64,000 nucleotides of DNA, taken from Acanthaster planci. Taxonomy: Eukaryota. Location of the stretch: positions 522,938 to 586,937 of the forward strand of contig NW_019091356.1 of NCBI RefSeq assembly GCF_001949145.1, in the 5' to 3' direction. The notes beneath the pieces were generated by a model that ran no database searches, was not told the DNA's origin, and saw nothing but the letters and a program-made list of their open reading frames with translations. Below are positions 13,701 through 25,700 of the stretch, piece by piece (position 1 is the first letter of the stretch; each line of letters begins with the position of its first letter). A program made the translations under genes and the position numbers.

Positions 13701-16700
13701 TGCCTCATTACTATGCACCTCGTCATCTCCTGCGCCGTAGAAATAACATCTGAAGTTGAATAAGATATTGAAATAACAGTAGCTGAAGATGCTCGGTAGA
13801 ACACAGATTATCATTTTCTATCATCAGCTTTGATGTGTGCCGAATTGTGCATTGAAGTACATGGAAAACAAGATTTTAGAATTGTAATTATGAAAGTCAC
13901 GGCAGTTCAAACGCTGCTTTTCATTACAATCTTTTCTTCTTAGAAACATTCCAGCTGAATGATGAAGTTCATTTCTGTTGCCTTTTGAAGCATTTGCAAA
14001 TGAATTGTGCTTAAGATTATGCCAAACCTGTTACAAAACAAAGATTCATTGCTTCAGCTTGTTCTGAGTCTTTAGTACTTTCAGCTGATTCAAATTGACG
14101 TGCATGGTCTTACATGTACATGTACATGTCGTTTCCCGTAATCTTACCATGTATAATTTATTTTATCATTGAATTGTATCAATAAGTTTTTTTTTTTCAA
14201 AATATTTGGAGCTACAGTTCAGCATGATCTGTTTGCTCAAGCTCTCTAGCAACCACAAAATGAATGTTAATTGGATGAGGGGGACAAATTTTCAGCGTTC
14301 CATCCCTGAGGCTCGTGTTTACGATACTACCACTTGGATTTGTTCCCTCTCGGTGTGTGGGTATGACCACGCTAAATCCACCCTCGGGGTTGTCGCACTT
14401 TTACCAGCCGATTGGTAGGCATTTTTTTCCCTTGTCTCTCCTCATGTGGCCTGTCATGGGACTCTCACAGCAGCCATCTTTGATCCCCCACCCCTAGAGG
14501 GGTTGATGAGAATCGGCTTGGCTCTGCACATGTGCCCAAGCATTCCACCGCTTCTGTGAAGCTGGGAGAGATATCTTGGTCATGGTCTGTCTGCCTCCAT
14601 GCATAAGTGCCGGAATCCATGAGTGCAAACACATGTTTTTTAACTCTCAATCCACTGTTCTTAGCTGTGCAGGTTGAGAAGCTCTTCCTTAGGCTATGGA
14701 CTTAAGGTGTGCATGCTCATTGCACAGTAGCCTTCATGTACATGTACATGCATTTCACAGTTATTTGGTTGGTTTGGGGAAACTATAGGCCTATGCTGAT
14801 TTATAGACTGATTGCAGGGCATTTTGTATGTATCATGCTGATGTGAGGGCTGTATGTGATGGCAACTTAAAAAAAAGATTAATATAAAATCCAGAGTACA
14901 GTTATGCCGTAATAGGAAGGAAAAGTGTGTTGATATTTACAAGTGTATAGCTGACTTTGGATGTCTGAATGCAGTGCTTATAGTTATACCAACATTTATA
15001 GGACAATACTTTTGTAGTTGTGCTTTCTTACTAATAGAACAATGTGTCTGCTACCATCATCTAGAGAATGCAGAAAACAAGAGCCATTAAAATTGAAGAA
15101 TGCAAGCTTTGAGATATTTACATCCTTGTCTTTACGGCCTCAAGCAGCATGCTTTGAAACTCGGATCTTTTCGCCAATATCAACCTTTTTATCTGTAGTA
15201 TCTGAGAAACTATGTAGTGAACCCTGCAAATTTAATGTCTGCCGTGTTATCACCTGTCTGTCATCCTGTCTCTTTGTGGCACATATCATTGATCAGATCG
15301 TCTATGAGTTAACATTAATGTTGTCAGCGTGGCTTTATCTCCCTCCATTAATGATAGGCAGTTTGATCTGCTCAGGCTTGTGAGGATTTTTTTAGTTTCG
15401 ATTTCATCTGCCACCTGCTCACCTCTGTAGAAGATTGCCTTCTGTGTCTGAAGCTGTCTGCCTTGAAAACATCGATCTAAAAATCTGTCAGGTGTTTAAG
15501 TTAAGGGAACATGCTCTTTCATTGGTACTACTTTGAATTCTATCATTGTAACATGTTGCTGGACAAAGTATTTTGTCCCGTCCAAAAATGGTATCTGCCC
15601 CGAGTGCACCCTCACTGGCGAAAGAAAAACAGGCTGGTATGCAGTTTTCCAACAAGGTTCTTACACACGCTCAGTGGACACGTGAAGATCATACATCCAG
15701 CATAAATTTGTTAGGTATACTCAGCGTGCCCCGTGCCAAACACACATGAACATGCGCACACTTACCTGCACGCGGTGAGTTCACACCAACGGGCTGTCAA
15801 TTTTAGCCCTCTTTTGTTCTGCTTGGAGCGGATATGACCCAGCCTAAGCCACTTAGGAGTTGAAAGATTATGAACAAATAAATCATTGGAGCACTCAACA
15901 CCTTTACATGTATATGTACATGCACATAATGGTCACTTTCACTGTGATACTTATGATAAAACAGAGAGCTCAATCCGCTCTTTCAGAAGTAAATTTAACA
16001 AGTACGGAAAAAATTGCCCTATATACATTTTTTCAGATGTACTTGTACAGAGGCCGATTTGCTCCTGTGAATGGCCAGAAAAGGCTGCACACCAAGATTG
16101 AGTAGGCAGGTGTTGCCATGTTGTATACAATATTTAATGCATTCCGACGTTAATACTTAACCAGCCACCCTTTCCTGACAACTCATTGTACAGGTTTGTA
16201 GCAGCACAATCAATGCACTAAGCCTAGGTCTCCTTGCCTATTGTCTACTTGTTAGCCAGTTCTATCTCCATCCATCCTTCTCTTTATTGGTTCTTGCATC
16301 AATCGTTCAGTGGTTAATTGTGATAGGCTTCGGTAAAATCCTAAGTCTAATAGCTTGTGTCTTAAAATAACTAAAAATGCAGTGTCTGATTGTGCGAGTA
16401 CCCAGTGCTCCAGTAACATTAACAGGGGATTATTCAAATAGGCAAAATTTCAGGGGTGAAAATTCTAATATTATTTACCAATAGTATTTGTATTTCAAAC
16501 CATTTCGAGGTTGATTCCAGCTTTTGATGTGAAATTGCATAAAAACGACACTTTAGCATTAAATGTACTTGAATTTAATATTTTTGACATAATAATTTAA
16601 TAATTTGACATAAGTTTAGAACTGAAAATCTGTTGGTGAAAATTATGAGGATTCTGATTATTTTAATCAACATTGAACTCGGCTGCAATTGATAATTCTC

Positions 16701-19700
16701 CCATGTCCTGTTTTTCCATGTGTCAAGAGAAATTCATAAATCATGGTGAAGTATCCTACTTAAAGACACTTGATTCCAGACATGATCATAAACCATAGAG
16801 AATTGTAAGACCTGAGACATGGTGTTGTCTGTGTTGTCATCCTTATGCTTAATTTCTATCTACAGCATCAGTTGTGCCGATATTACTACATGTACTTTCT
16901 TGACATTATGATGATATACATGTATGTATTTGTCTTTCATGAATTGAAATCTCTTTGAATTTGTTTGCATGCCGTGGCTGGTGATTCGCTAATCATTGGT
17001 CTCCTAGTTACATGTCAAATATTTACTCATAGTCTGTATTTGTGTATTATGGTTTTTGGCTGATGTACATGTAAATCTCACATTAATTTAGACCAGAAGC
17101 AATCAAGGCTTTGCGAACCAAAAATGTGAGATCCTCTTTTCTTTTCTTTTTTTCTTTTTTTTTTGTCATGCGAGATCTGGATCAGTCACTGACAGTATTT
17201 TGAAAGGAGAAGGAAGCTGTCATTGTTCAGTACAGCATTTGCTGTGGAATCAAACTTGCCAAAAATCATGAAAGATCTTTTCAAGTTTGGGGGATTTTTT
17301 TTGTGCCTGTTATCATCATGGTAAATGTCTGCATGATCATCAAAAATATTGATATGTATGTATTTGTGTATATTTGTTTTAACACGCATTGCAAGCAGCA
17401 CGTTTTCATATGTAATTGCATGGCTATTTTGAGTGTGGTTCTTTTTGTTTTGTTTTCTTTTCCTTTGTTGCATGGTCTCCCCATCGTCCCTTCTGTCCCT
17501 GGATGCAAATAGGTGTTCCCATCCCAACTCGCCCCCCTACGACGACCGTCACTACCTTGCCAGCACCCCCACAACCAATAACCACAAAATCTCCCCCCGG
17601 CCCAGCAGACACAGGACCGGTACCCACCAAGCCCCTGGAACTTGAAGCTACTGATATCCAGGCTCAGTCCTTCCGATTGACATGGAGGGAGCCGAGCCAG
17701 TTAAATGGAGATCTGCAGAGCTACAGAATATATGTCAAATGGAATGACGCGTAAGTATGTTTATTAAACCAAGACACATCAAAATTTCTTCAAACAATAT
17801 ATCTGTGAACCCTCCCAGATCTTTCAAAATCCACCATGTGCTTTCAAAGGATCTTGTGGGATTTCAAAAGAAGTAGCACCGACTAACCTTTACGTGGGGC
17901 TTGATATTCTTTGAAAATAAAAGGAGACTGTCACAGGATTTTGTCATAGTGGTGGAATTTTTAGGTTTCGAAAAACTTTGAGCTGAAAATGGTCAGGAAG
18001 TTGGGCTTGAAGATTAACACACTGAATATCGTTCACTGTGGCCCAGCAATAGTCTCAATTTAAAAAGAGAAATCTAAAGTTACATGTACATGTAAATTTG
18101 CCATGGCATTGCCTAAAAGGGACTGTAACTTTCTTTGTTTACAACAGCCAAAAGGTTGAAATCGTGCGTGACTTGAGTCAACTGGCAAAAGTCATCAGCG
18201 ATCTGATCCCAGAGACGACATACAGGGTCACCATCCTTGCTATAAACGAGAATGGCGCTGGAGCATCGTCAGATATCCTTGTTGTTGAGACTTTGCCACA
18301 TGGTAGGGGATTGATTCATCATTTATATCTGAACCCCAATACTAGAAAGCTTCTCTTACTTTCTCTCTGTCTGTGCTGTCAAGTCACTAGAAGTCATTTC
18401 CACTTACACAAGTGAATTTTGAAGGATTTACAAAGGTCATACAAAGTGGATATTGGAAAAAAGAAGGACTTGCGTGTAGGTATAACTTGAGTCCTTTTTT
18501 AAAAACATCTGAAAATAAATACCAAATACATTTCCAAAACTACCATGGAATGCTGTAACTCTTCAAGAATTTCAGTAGAATTCAAACATAATTTGTCACA
18601 TGGCTTCAAAGTGGATTGAGTTCGAGAAATCTATTGACTTGGAATGGTACATGTACCCTCAACTCACCTGTGCTGTCTGACTTGTCAGGGGACCAGATTT
18701 TCATGGACTTCAGAACAGTTCATTTGAAACTCGTTGGTACTGACCACTCCAGCATTTTGTGATTGAATCTTTGTTAATTCCTGCAACAACAGGGGAGTAT
18801 CTAGGGCCTCCAACCAGTGTACGTGCCCGACCAGAGGAAGGAAGTTGTACTGCTCTCTTGGTAACATGGCAAGCCCCTCAAGGAGATGTCTTAAACTACA
18901 AGGTCTATTATGCAGATCTTAGCGCTGGGGTGTCCCAAGAACTTGAACTGTACACAGAGCAGAACTTCTATCTGATCACTGGCCTGAAACCATATACAAA
19001 CTATGGTTTGCGTGTGGTCGGATACAATATCAATGGACCTGGCACATCATCTGAGAACCTTGAGGCCTCAACATCCCAGTGCAGTAAGTGTGCTCAGATT
19101 GTTTTTTTAGTCGTTTTTAGAGGTTGCTTGGGTCGAGATGCCTGCACTTGTGTGTAGAGTGTCCCTGGTTCGATTCTAACCCCCATTGCTGAAAATTTTC
19201 CTTTATACATGTAGATGCACTAATATGCCCGACATAAATGAACTTGACTCAAAGTTACCATTTTTTCAAGGGCAAATCTTGTTAACAGTACACGCTTAAG
19301 AATTGGTCTCATTTTTCCCTCTCAGAACCCTCAGGTATCCCTGACAACATTTCCGCAGAAGCTGACTCGACAACATCAATTACAGTAACCTGGGAACCAC
19401 CACCTGTCAATCAACGCAATGGTCTGGTTAACGGATACAAGATGAAGTACCGTACGAAAGAGAATGGGAAGCGGACTCACTCATTGATCATCGATGGCAA
19501 TGAGAGATCTTACACCATATCAGGTACTCCACGGTGTTAATGCTAATACACCCTGCTCAGTCGTCTTATCAAACAATCCTCCACAAGTCTCTGGTAAAAT
19601 TCAGTATGTTTTTGATGTTGTGCAGTTGAGTACAGTAAAGGAGTTCCTCTAGTTCCCCGTACATGATGTCATTTCTGTATTATACATTTACATCTAGGAA

Positions 19701-22700
19701 CCAGACAAAGGAGGTGGTCTTATGTCCTGTGTACATGTACAAGCTGAAAATGCTTTTAAACAGTAAAAAGTACAGGGGCCAGTCTATTTTAATGTTGGTA
19801 ACGGCCGTCATTACATGCGCATGCAGTCGCGATGGACATCACACGTTTTATGTATATCAGAATATACCACAATTCATGGACACTCCGGTGTAAGATAACA
19901 CTGCTACTATGGATTGGCCAATCAGAAATAAGAGTTAAAGTTTCCGTAAAGACAAACTTGATTTTCTGAAACTTCTTAGTGACAGCAACTTGAAAAACGT
20001 GCAATTGTTCCTACTTTCTCAGGGTTGGTAAGAAACACCGCTTACGAAGTCAGAATGGCTGCGTACAACAACAACGGCACTGGGCCCTACTCTGACTGGA
20101 TCGAGATTACCACCCTTGACATTGACAAGAATGGTATGAAAAGAACAACCTTCACAGAGTTGATTTCAGTCTTGAGGTTATACAAGGTTCATTGTAAGAC
20201 TTCGATGTAAAAATACACCTCATGTTAAAAAGTGAGAGGGTACAGAAAGGATTCTGGCTGTAGGAAATTAAATGATGTGCCCAGTAATGACCAAAATAAA
20301 TTAAGGTGTTTTTTTAGATTGAATGAAAACTTACCTAACTAGAACCATTCCTGAGTGGAACATTAATACTTTTGACTGTTGTCCAAGTTTTTCCTTGTTA
20401 AATATATTTTCCCTGAATTACGGTTGGTTGATAAGTACAGTTGGTTGGTTGTTTGGGTAATTTCTTCATAATATTTCCCCCACATCTGTTTGAAAAATAG
20501 TCTGTATCTGTAGAACAAGATTTTATCAAGTCTACTATTTAAAAATCTCCCTCCAAAACTCATGGAATAATGGTCCAAATCAAATTTGTTCATTTCACAA
20601 ATGCATCCATTTCCATTTGACAAAGCACAATTGTAGTTAATGTGACTTTCATTAAAAATTTATCATTTCATGTTGCATTTCAAATCAATATGGAAAGAAT
20701 GCGTTCGTATTTGGTTTCTGTTTCAATTAATGGCCTGATCAAACGTCTGATCTCAATTCAAAAAAGTGGCAGTTGCATCATGTATAAAAAGACAGTCGAA
20801 CCAGCAAGAGTAAGTTATTTGACAGTTATTACTGGTCATGCATTGGCTCAACATTGTATTCACATGAATAAGGCACTGATCTTCCAACTCAAAAATGCAG
20901 GGTGTTGGGAAAAACATGCTTTTCCTTCTAACTACTGATAGATGCTTTATTTTCGGCAGGCTGTATTTCACCAAAGAGTGCTGAGAGAAAAACCAAAAAT
21001 GTGAGGGAAATTTCCTCATCCCTCCATGGAAGCCACTTCACCATTCCTGTCTTCTTCACAGTGATCGTAGCAATGTGGTCAGGAAAGTTTCTACTCAGCA
21101 CCTTTGGGAAATAAAGCTTCAATGATGATTTTTGTCAATAACCATCGTAGTAATTTTTAACATTTCTCCTTTTTCACTTTTCTCTTTCCTCATTTCTGGT
21201 TTACTCTGCACCTGTCTCTGTTAATATTACTATTTTCATGTATGTTTTATGTGGTGTCTTAATGGCTTTACATTGCTCCCCTGTCTGACTAAATTGGTCC
21301 TTTTTTTGCTGCCCTGGCAATTTTACTTCTGCTTGATTTTCCCTCTGTTCTGTTTTATTTAACCTCCATCATTCCATCATCCCTCCACTTATTTATCTTG
21401 CACTGTGGCGGTTGATGCCCTGTCTGTATTTGGCACTTGTTTTGTCCTATTTGTCGGCGTTTGTCCTACTATGTGTGACTCTTGTGAAAAATAGAGAATC
21501 GCGTACCCCCACAACCGTTATCTATCAGGACCACCACAACCCATAACAGAATCGACGTGTTTTGGGAACCCCCATCGGATGACTCTATCATGGTGCGGGG
21601 TTACATCCTTGGCTATGGGGCGAGTGTTCCAGACTCCTTGCTGGAGCGTCTGCCTAGCTCCGAAACCCAAGTCAGCCTTACAAACCTCCTTCCTAGTACT
21701 CTGTATGTCCTCAAACTCCGAGCGTTCAATAAGGTCGGTGAAGGGCCGTCCTTGTATATTGACGTACAGACGAAGCAGCCTAGTAAGTTGACCAGTTCTT
21801 GCTTCTTTAGCTTGTCTGGTGTCTTCATGTTGCTGATTGGTCAATTTCTCTCTTAACAATATAACTCAACAAAAGTATGTTTTGTATGCTTGCTAATATC
21901 TTTCCAATTTAGACCATTCAGTAATTGGTTAAAAAATGGAAATTCTAATGGGACCAAACAAATGATGCTTGTGCTGGCATTCTGTAAATGCACGGGAGAA
22001 ATTGATTAATCAAGGCCTGTATGAATATATTAATACAAACTTTTACTCATGCCAGTAATTTAAACACTACATTTCTTTTCATCCTACAAAAGCAATCGTT
22101 TCTTCATTAACAGATACCATCAGTGAAAAACCACCTCTTCCAATTTCTATTCATTAGTCACTGCAGTATAATTTCAAAGGAATGTTTCTTGTGGATTTTT
22201 TATGATGTGATGACCATCTTTGTTCGGAGACTCCTAATTAGACAAGACCAAAGATGGCTGTGGTACATATTACATATATCATAGAATTGTTCCCATAAAA
22301 AGAAACATTCCTTCTAGAAATAACCTATGATCATTGCAATTTCCATCTTCAGCATTATCCTAAATCATCACTACATAGCCAGTGCCCTTTGACCTTTCCT
22401 TCAATGGCTAACAGCATCTAAATATTCGGACCATTATCATGAGTTTCTTTGTTCAGGGAATGATTGTCCAAACTTTGCCTGAAATCAAAACAAACCCAAT
22501 GGTAGTTTATTTTTCCATTTAGTCCCATTTTTGGCATGAGTCCAATCAAGCATGACTTCAGTATATATTCATGTGTTTATAAGATATCTTTAGATCATTG
22601 TTGGTTGCAAGACTGCATGAGGAGAGCGTTTATTATATATTCGATTCAGTTGACATGTCAATTTATTTCGACATTTCACAACATTTTAACCTTGTTGATT

Positions 22701-25700
22701 AACTTTTTGTTTTAACCTCAGCAGTTTTCATCAAGGATGTCGTGTCCTGGTCTCTTTTTTTACTTTTCAATGAGTTTTATGAAGGACCAAAAACTTCCTG
22801 GTAAAAGATCTCCCTTTTTTTTGAGGGGGGGGGAGAATTTTCATCAAAACCAACTTTGTCCCCAAACACATGCTAATGCAGAGTTTAGCAAAGAATTCTT
22901 GTCCATTCCTTTGGGACATTCAACTAGGGCTTGGGCAGGAATGCTTGTTACTTTTTAGTGGGATGCCAGCTTCCATAATCCCACAAACTTTCCCCCAGCA
23001 ACATTTCTCGTCTGTCAATAAAAGACTGTTCATTCCCTACTCCGCAGCGATAGGCCCTAGCCCAACAAGGATTATACACGTAACTACAAGTAAGATTCCA
23101 TCTGCCAGAGCAAAAGCAAACACTACCCACATCTCCCTGGATATTTTGTTTGTGTTGATTTTTGATTTTTTTTCAGGTGTTTTTGTTGTGTTTTCAGATA
23201 GTGTAGTTGTTGCCATGGTAATGTGTTTTCATAAAGCCCCTTCAGAAAAAGCAGGTGCTACAATTGTTACTGCTTAGATGCACATTTCAATTTACATAAA
23301 GGAAAATTGAATTTAGTACATTGTTTCATTCATTGTTTTAAAGTCTAATTTTTTCTTGTAATTGAAGAAAAAAAATATACCTTAACTCACTTAATGACCA
23401 CTGAACTATAATATTAAAGTCAAGGGTATGAAAATAAATTTTGTGAGATGTGTGTCATTTTTTTTCTTTTTTTTACCATCCATATTGTTTTTGTGCATCA
23501 TCATTGGCTGCCTGTTTTATTTGACCTTTGACCCATTGTGAATGTATAATGTAACATTACCCATCATTTGACAGCAATGCCATTTCATACTATGAAGTTG
23601 AGTTGTTTGTATTTATTGTGTTTACCATCACAGCCATCAAACGGATTCTTTCATCACATCAAGAAGCTGTTTTGTGTTCTTGTTTGTTGGACATATATGC
23701 AGATCCTAACTCAGTACATACGTGCATTTGAGCTCTTCAGTCATTTTGTTGGAATTAGAAAGTTTGAAAATAAGCAAACTACATGTACATGAAATGTGAA
23801 TTAATACCCTTTTTCTTGGGGAAAAATATTGATATCTGATTGAAACATTTTTGTTCTTGTAGCCAAAATGTCTGCTTAGAACACATGGTAGCATTCCCAA
23901 TGGTTTATGGAAATCACATCACCTATTAAAATCTCACAGCTTACAAGTGACAAAGATGAGAAATACTGCAAGTAGCATGTGGTCTTGTGGACAGTTTACA
24001 GTATACTGTACCAAAACCCAAAAGCCCAGCGCCAGGGAAAAAGTTTGATGTTGAAACAAAATTGAAATTACAATGACGAGGCATATTGAGCTCTGAACAG
24101 ACATTGTGTATTGCGTCAGTCCAGTTGCATGCAGTCTGTGTTTTGTAATCGTCCAATCAGGGAGGGGCTTGCAAATCTATTGTTCATCCTCCCTCTGCTT
24201 TCATTAATCTAGGAACAGCCAAACCTTCTGTGCCAATGGAACTCAAGGCCACCGTGACTTCACCCAATTCTATCCTCTTGACTTGGAGGGACCAGGATTA
24301 CAGTCCAGATGACAAACCTCCTGATAGATACTACATCGTCCAGTACGAGACTTCTAGCAAGTGAGTGTCATCAAATGAACTGGTTAGGTTTGTTGTTGAC
24401 AGGTGCAGAAAAGAAGCAGACGGGAGTAAGATGAAGAGAAGAAAAGCTATGATGTGAGGCTATGTAGCCTCTTGTGTACAGTACAATCACAACTTGACAT
24501 GTGTCAGTGTCATTCTGAGATTTGCTTTAGCCAGAAGTCATCATGATGCTAGATGATAAGAAATGTAACCTTACCCTTTCCTGCATTTTTGTCTTAGGGT
24601 GATGTTCGAGAACTCCTCTGATACCTCCATCGCAATCAACAATCTCTCTCCGTACACAAAGTACTTTTTCACAGTGGTAGCTGTTTCAGGAAATCGTGAG
24701 AGTGGAGTCAGCATGCAGGCATTTAATACTACTTTTGAGACTGGTAATTTCTTCAAGATTTTCCTTTTGTTCTTTTGGTGCAGAGCTTGGCTGTAATTAA
24801 AGACAGCATTGATTGAGCTGTGTTTTTATGAATTGGCTAAGAGATTTGGCTTTTCTTTCTTCTTTCAATGTTTTTATTAAGTAAATTTTCTCCAACATTT
24901 CTCAAACCTTAATGGCAAGAAATGAATTTTTCAAATGAAATCCCCACTACTTATGCAGATGTGTGCTGTGTTATTTAGTCCTTCATAAGGGTTATTCTTC
25001 CTTTTGTTTTGCTATTTTACCAACAAGCAGGGCCCTTTTCTGACGAATAGTTTATTTTGCTTTTTAACTTAGCTCCAACCTCTCCACCAAGATCACTAAC
25101 AATTGATGATGTCAAGAACTCAACAACTACCCTGGAATTGAGGTGGCAACTGCCCAAGACTCCCAATGGTCAGATCACAGGTAAGATGAGGATGAGATCA
25201 GTCACGCATTAGGATCACAGTTTGCTGAGATATAACCTGGTTTCGTCATGAAGTGTTCCCTTTGTAAAGTTGTGTAAATGAATGGACTACAACTAGTACA
25301 TGTCTATGGAACATAGCCACAGCTGGTAGCCAATGGCTTCCATAGGCCGACATGTTATTTCTGGCCACAGGCATAACTTTGGACTTTGGTACCGGTATCA
25401 AGGACTTGTTTTTGCAAACCCACTGTTATTGTTGATCCAGAAACCAGACCAACGAGGCTACCATCTAACAATGACACACACCACTCATTTCCCTCTGTCT
25501 TGTTGACACACAGGATACACCATTTATTATTCTGCCATCGATTCAAGGGAGGATTCTGACTGGACTGATGTGACACTTGATGGGGAGGAAGTAACTACAT
25601 TGATCTCCGGGCTGACTTCAGGCACCATTTACTATTTCAAGATCCAAGCTCACACCAGCAAGGGAGCAGGTCCTATATCGGAGGTTGTGTCTCACACTAC

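Noticed and set aside
19125..19190. GGTTCGATTC B-box-like motif (tRNA/SINE)
   Set aside because: No cloverleaf or clear A-box; at most a degraded SINE fragment.
22114..22157. Possible alternative terminal exon after FN4 (NTISEKPPLPISIH*) giving a secreted Neogenin
   Set aside because: Only an acceptor-like AG; no convincing polyA signal or coding character.
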